Source: an uncultured Bifidobacteriaceae bacterium
GTDB taxonomy: Bacteria > Actinomycetota > Acidimicrobiia > IMCC26256 > DASPTH01
Assembly: GCA_964505725.1 (NCBI GenBank)
Contig: CAZDJK010000010.1
Coordinates: 49,158 to 113,157, forward strand
Direction: 5' to 3'
Length of the DNA stretch: 64,000 nucleotides
Shown here in pieces: positions 62,831-64,000 of the stretch. The position numbers and the translations under genes are program-made. Each line of letters begins with the position of its first letter. Position 1 is the first letter of the stretch. The notes below the pieces were generated by a model that was not told the origin of the DNA, did no database searches, and was given only the letters and a program-made list of their open reading frames with translations.

Positions 62831-63988
62831 CTATTGGCTCGACCGGGCACCCGCGCCGGGCCGGTCGCGCGAGACGATCTCGGCGAGCTGCTCGAGCGAG
62901 GCCAGTGAATGGCCCTCCACGAACTCGTCGACATGCGGCAGCGCCGCCGCCATCCCCCGCGCGAGCGGCGCGAAACCCGGTGACGCCTTCAGGGGGTTGA
63001 CCCACACGACCTTGTGCGCGACCCGGTGCAGCCGCTGCATCTGCTCGGCCAGCAGCTCCGGGTCGCCGCGGTCCCAACCGTCGGAGAGGATCACGACGAT
63101 GGCGCCCCGCGCGAGCCCGCGCACGCCCCACTCGTCGTTGAACGCACGGAGACCCTCCCCGAGGCGGGTGCCGCCCGACCAGTCGACGACGCGTCGCGCG
63201 GCCGCGGCGAGCGCGGCGTCGGGGTCGTGCGTCGAGAGGTCGCGGGTGAGACGCGTGAGACGGGTGCCGATCGCGAAGGCCTCGACCCGGCCCCGGCTCA
63301 CCACCGCGGCGTGGAGGAACCGCACGAGGGCGCGTGCGTAGGCCTCCATCGACCCGCTCACGTCGCAGAGCAGCACGAGCCGGCGGGGGCGTTCGCCCGG
63401 CTCGACGAACGCGCGGTCGATCGGCTCGCCCCCGGCGCGCAGCGCGCGCCGGACGGTTCGGCGCAGGTCGGGGGGCCCGGTCCGGCGGTGGCTCGCACGG
63501 GCTCGCCGCGACCGGCGGAGCGCACCCGCGAGGCGCAGGTCTGCCATCAGGCGCTGCGCCTGCGCGTGCTCGTCGGGCGTGTAGGTGGAGAAGTCCCGGT
63601 GGCGGAGGACCTCGGCCGGGCTGTAGCGCACGGTGACGGCGGGCGTGTCCTCGCCTTCGCCGTCGTCGCCCTCGTCGGGCGGCGGGCCGTCGTCGGTATC
63701 GAACGCGAGAGTGAGCTCGGCGGAGGGTGCCGGCGCGGGCGCGATGACCACCGTGCGGTCCCACCAGGCCGCGAACGCGCGGTCGTAGGTGGCGATGTCC
63801 TCGGGTCGGCGCACCAGCGTCGCGTGGCCCGCCCAGTACACCGCGTCGCGCGAGTCGATCCCGACCTCCGCGACCGCGCGCGCGAACACGAGCGTGCTGC
63901 CGACAGGTACGTCGAGCCCGGTGGCGCGCAGCAGTCGGGTGAAGCCGACGATCGCCCGCTCGGGTGCGAGCAGTCCCCCGTCGTGCAC
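62831..63988 (-). CDS. VWA-domain protein, CoxE-like
   Basis: Track ORF 62831..63988 (385 aa; GTG start). The frame stays open to the window edge, so the true start could lie outside. It has the MIDAS-type CDVSGSM and the general CoxE layout. Confidence 0.7.
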   Translation of the reverse strand: MHDGGLLAPERAIVGFTRLLRATGLDVPVGSTLVFARAVAEVGIDSRDAVYWAGHATLVRRPEDIATYDRAFAAWWDRTVVIAPAPAPSAELTLAFDTDDGPPPDEGDDGEGEDTPAVTVRYSPAEVLRHRDFSTYTPDEHAQAQRLMADLRLAGALRRSRRARASHRRTGPPDLRRTVRRALRAGGEPIDRAFVEPGERPRRLVLLCDVSGSMEAYARALVRFLHAAVVSRGRVEAFAIGTRLTRLTRDLSTHDPDAALAAAARRVVDWSGGTRLGEGLRAFNDEWGVRGLARGAIVVILSDGWDRGDPELLAEQMQRLHRVAHKVVWVNPLKASPGFAPLARGMAAALPHVDEFVEGHSLASLEQLAEIVSRDRPGAGARSSQ

Positions 63989-64000
63989 GCCGGCGGGGGT

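Noticed and set aside
1-64000. Mobile elements, prophage, tRNA or rRNA genes, toxin-antitoxin systems or known defence systems.
   Set aside because: I saw no transposase, integrase or recombinase-like translation. No intergenic gap has tRNA-like cloverleaf potential, and there are no defence-type domain combinations. The window reads as conserved core chromosome.

Overview
This is a very GC-rich actinobacterial-type chromosomal window (GC judged by eye, not computed). It is densely packed with core genes, many joined by 1-8 nt stop/start overlaps. All calls come from reading the supplied translations and the DNA. Family assignments rest on remembered motifs and mycobacterial synteny, not on searches.

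Gene content, left to right:
- glcD-glcE-glcF-like glycolate oxidase genes, a zf-UBP protein and a cyclase-family protein.
- On the minus strand, a LOG-family gene, a PfkB kinase, fbiC and pgl.
- A methyltransferase-Mug glycosylase fusion.
- tal and tkt on the minus strand, then a GT2 glycosyltransferase and a PBP4-type carboxypeptidase.
- Three small coupled membrane proteins, then ttuB-like, ttuA-like, trmI and a MarP-like protease.
- The complete Pup-proteasome locus: arc/mpa, dop, pup (GGE end), prcB, prcA, pafA, a DUF3866-like insert, pafB and pafC.
- lepB, tatA, tatC and helY.
- A long ThyX-like gene, then a ~640 bp non-coding repeat-rich island.
- A DUF4193-like gene, lnt, a TauE exporter, a repeat protein, a GNAT, an FtsX-type permease and an LLM oxidoreductase.
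- A long minus-strand array: gcvH, FHA/GarA-like, MerR, hpt, DUF151, MerR, a hypothetical, gcvT, gcvP and a Dyp peroxidase.
- A nucleotidyltransferase/phosphomannomutase fusion, pgsA-like, a split xdhC and coxE-like.

I found no tRNA, rRNA, CRISPR array, transposase or integrase.

The observations most worth a second look:
- The structured repeat island at 41.1-41.8 kb.
- The Thermus-like ttuB/ttuA/trmI cassette beside the Pup system, whose carrier protein has two extra residues after the diglycine.
- The methyltransferase-Mug fusion.
- The DUF3866-like gene inside pafA-pafBC.
- pgl coupled to fbiC, with zwf and opcA absent.
- Two genes that appear to start at ATC exactly 5 nt after a GGAGG.
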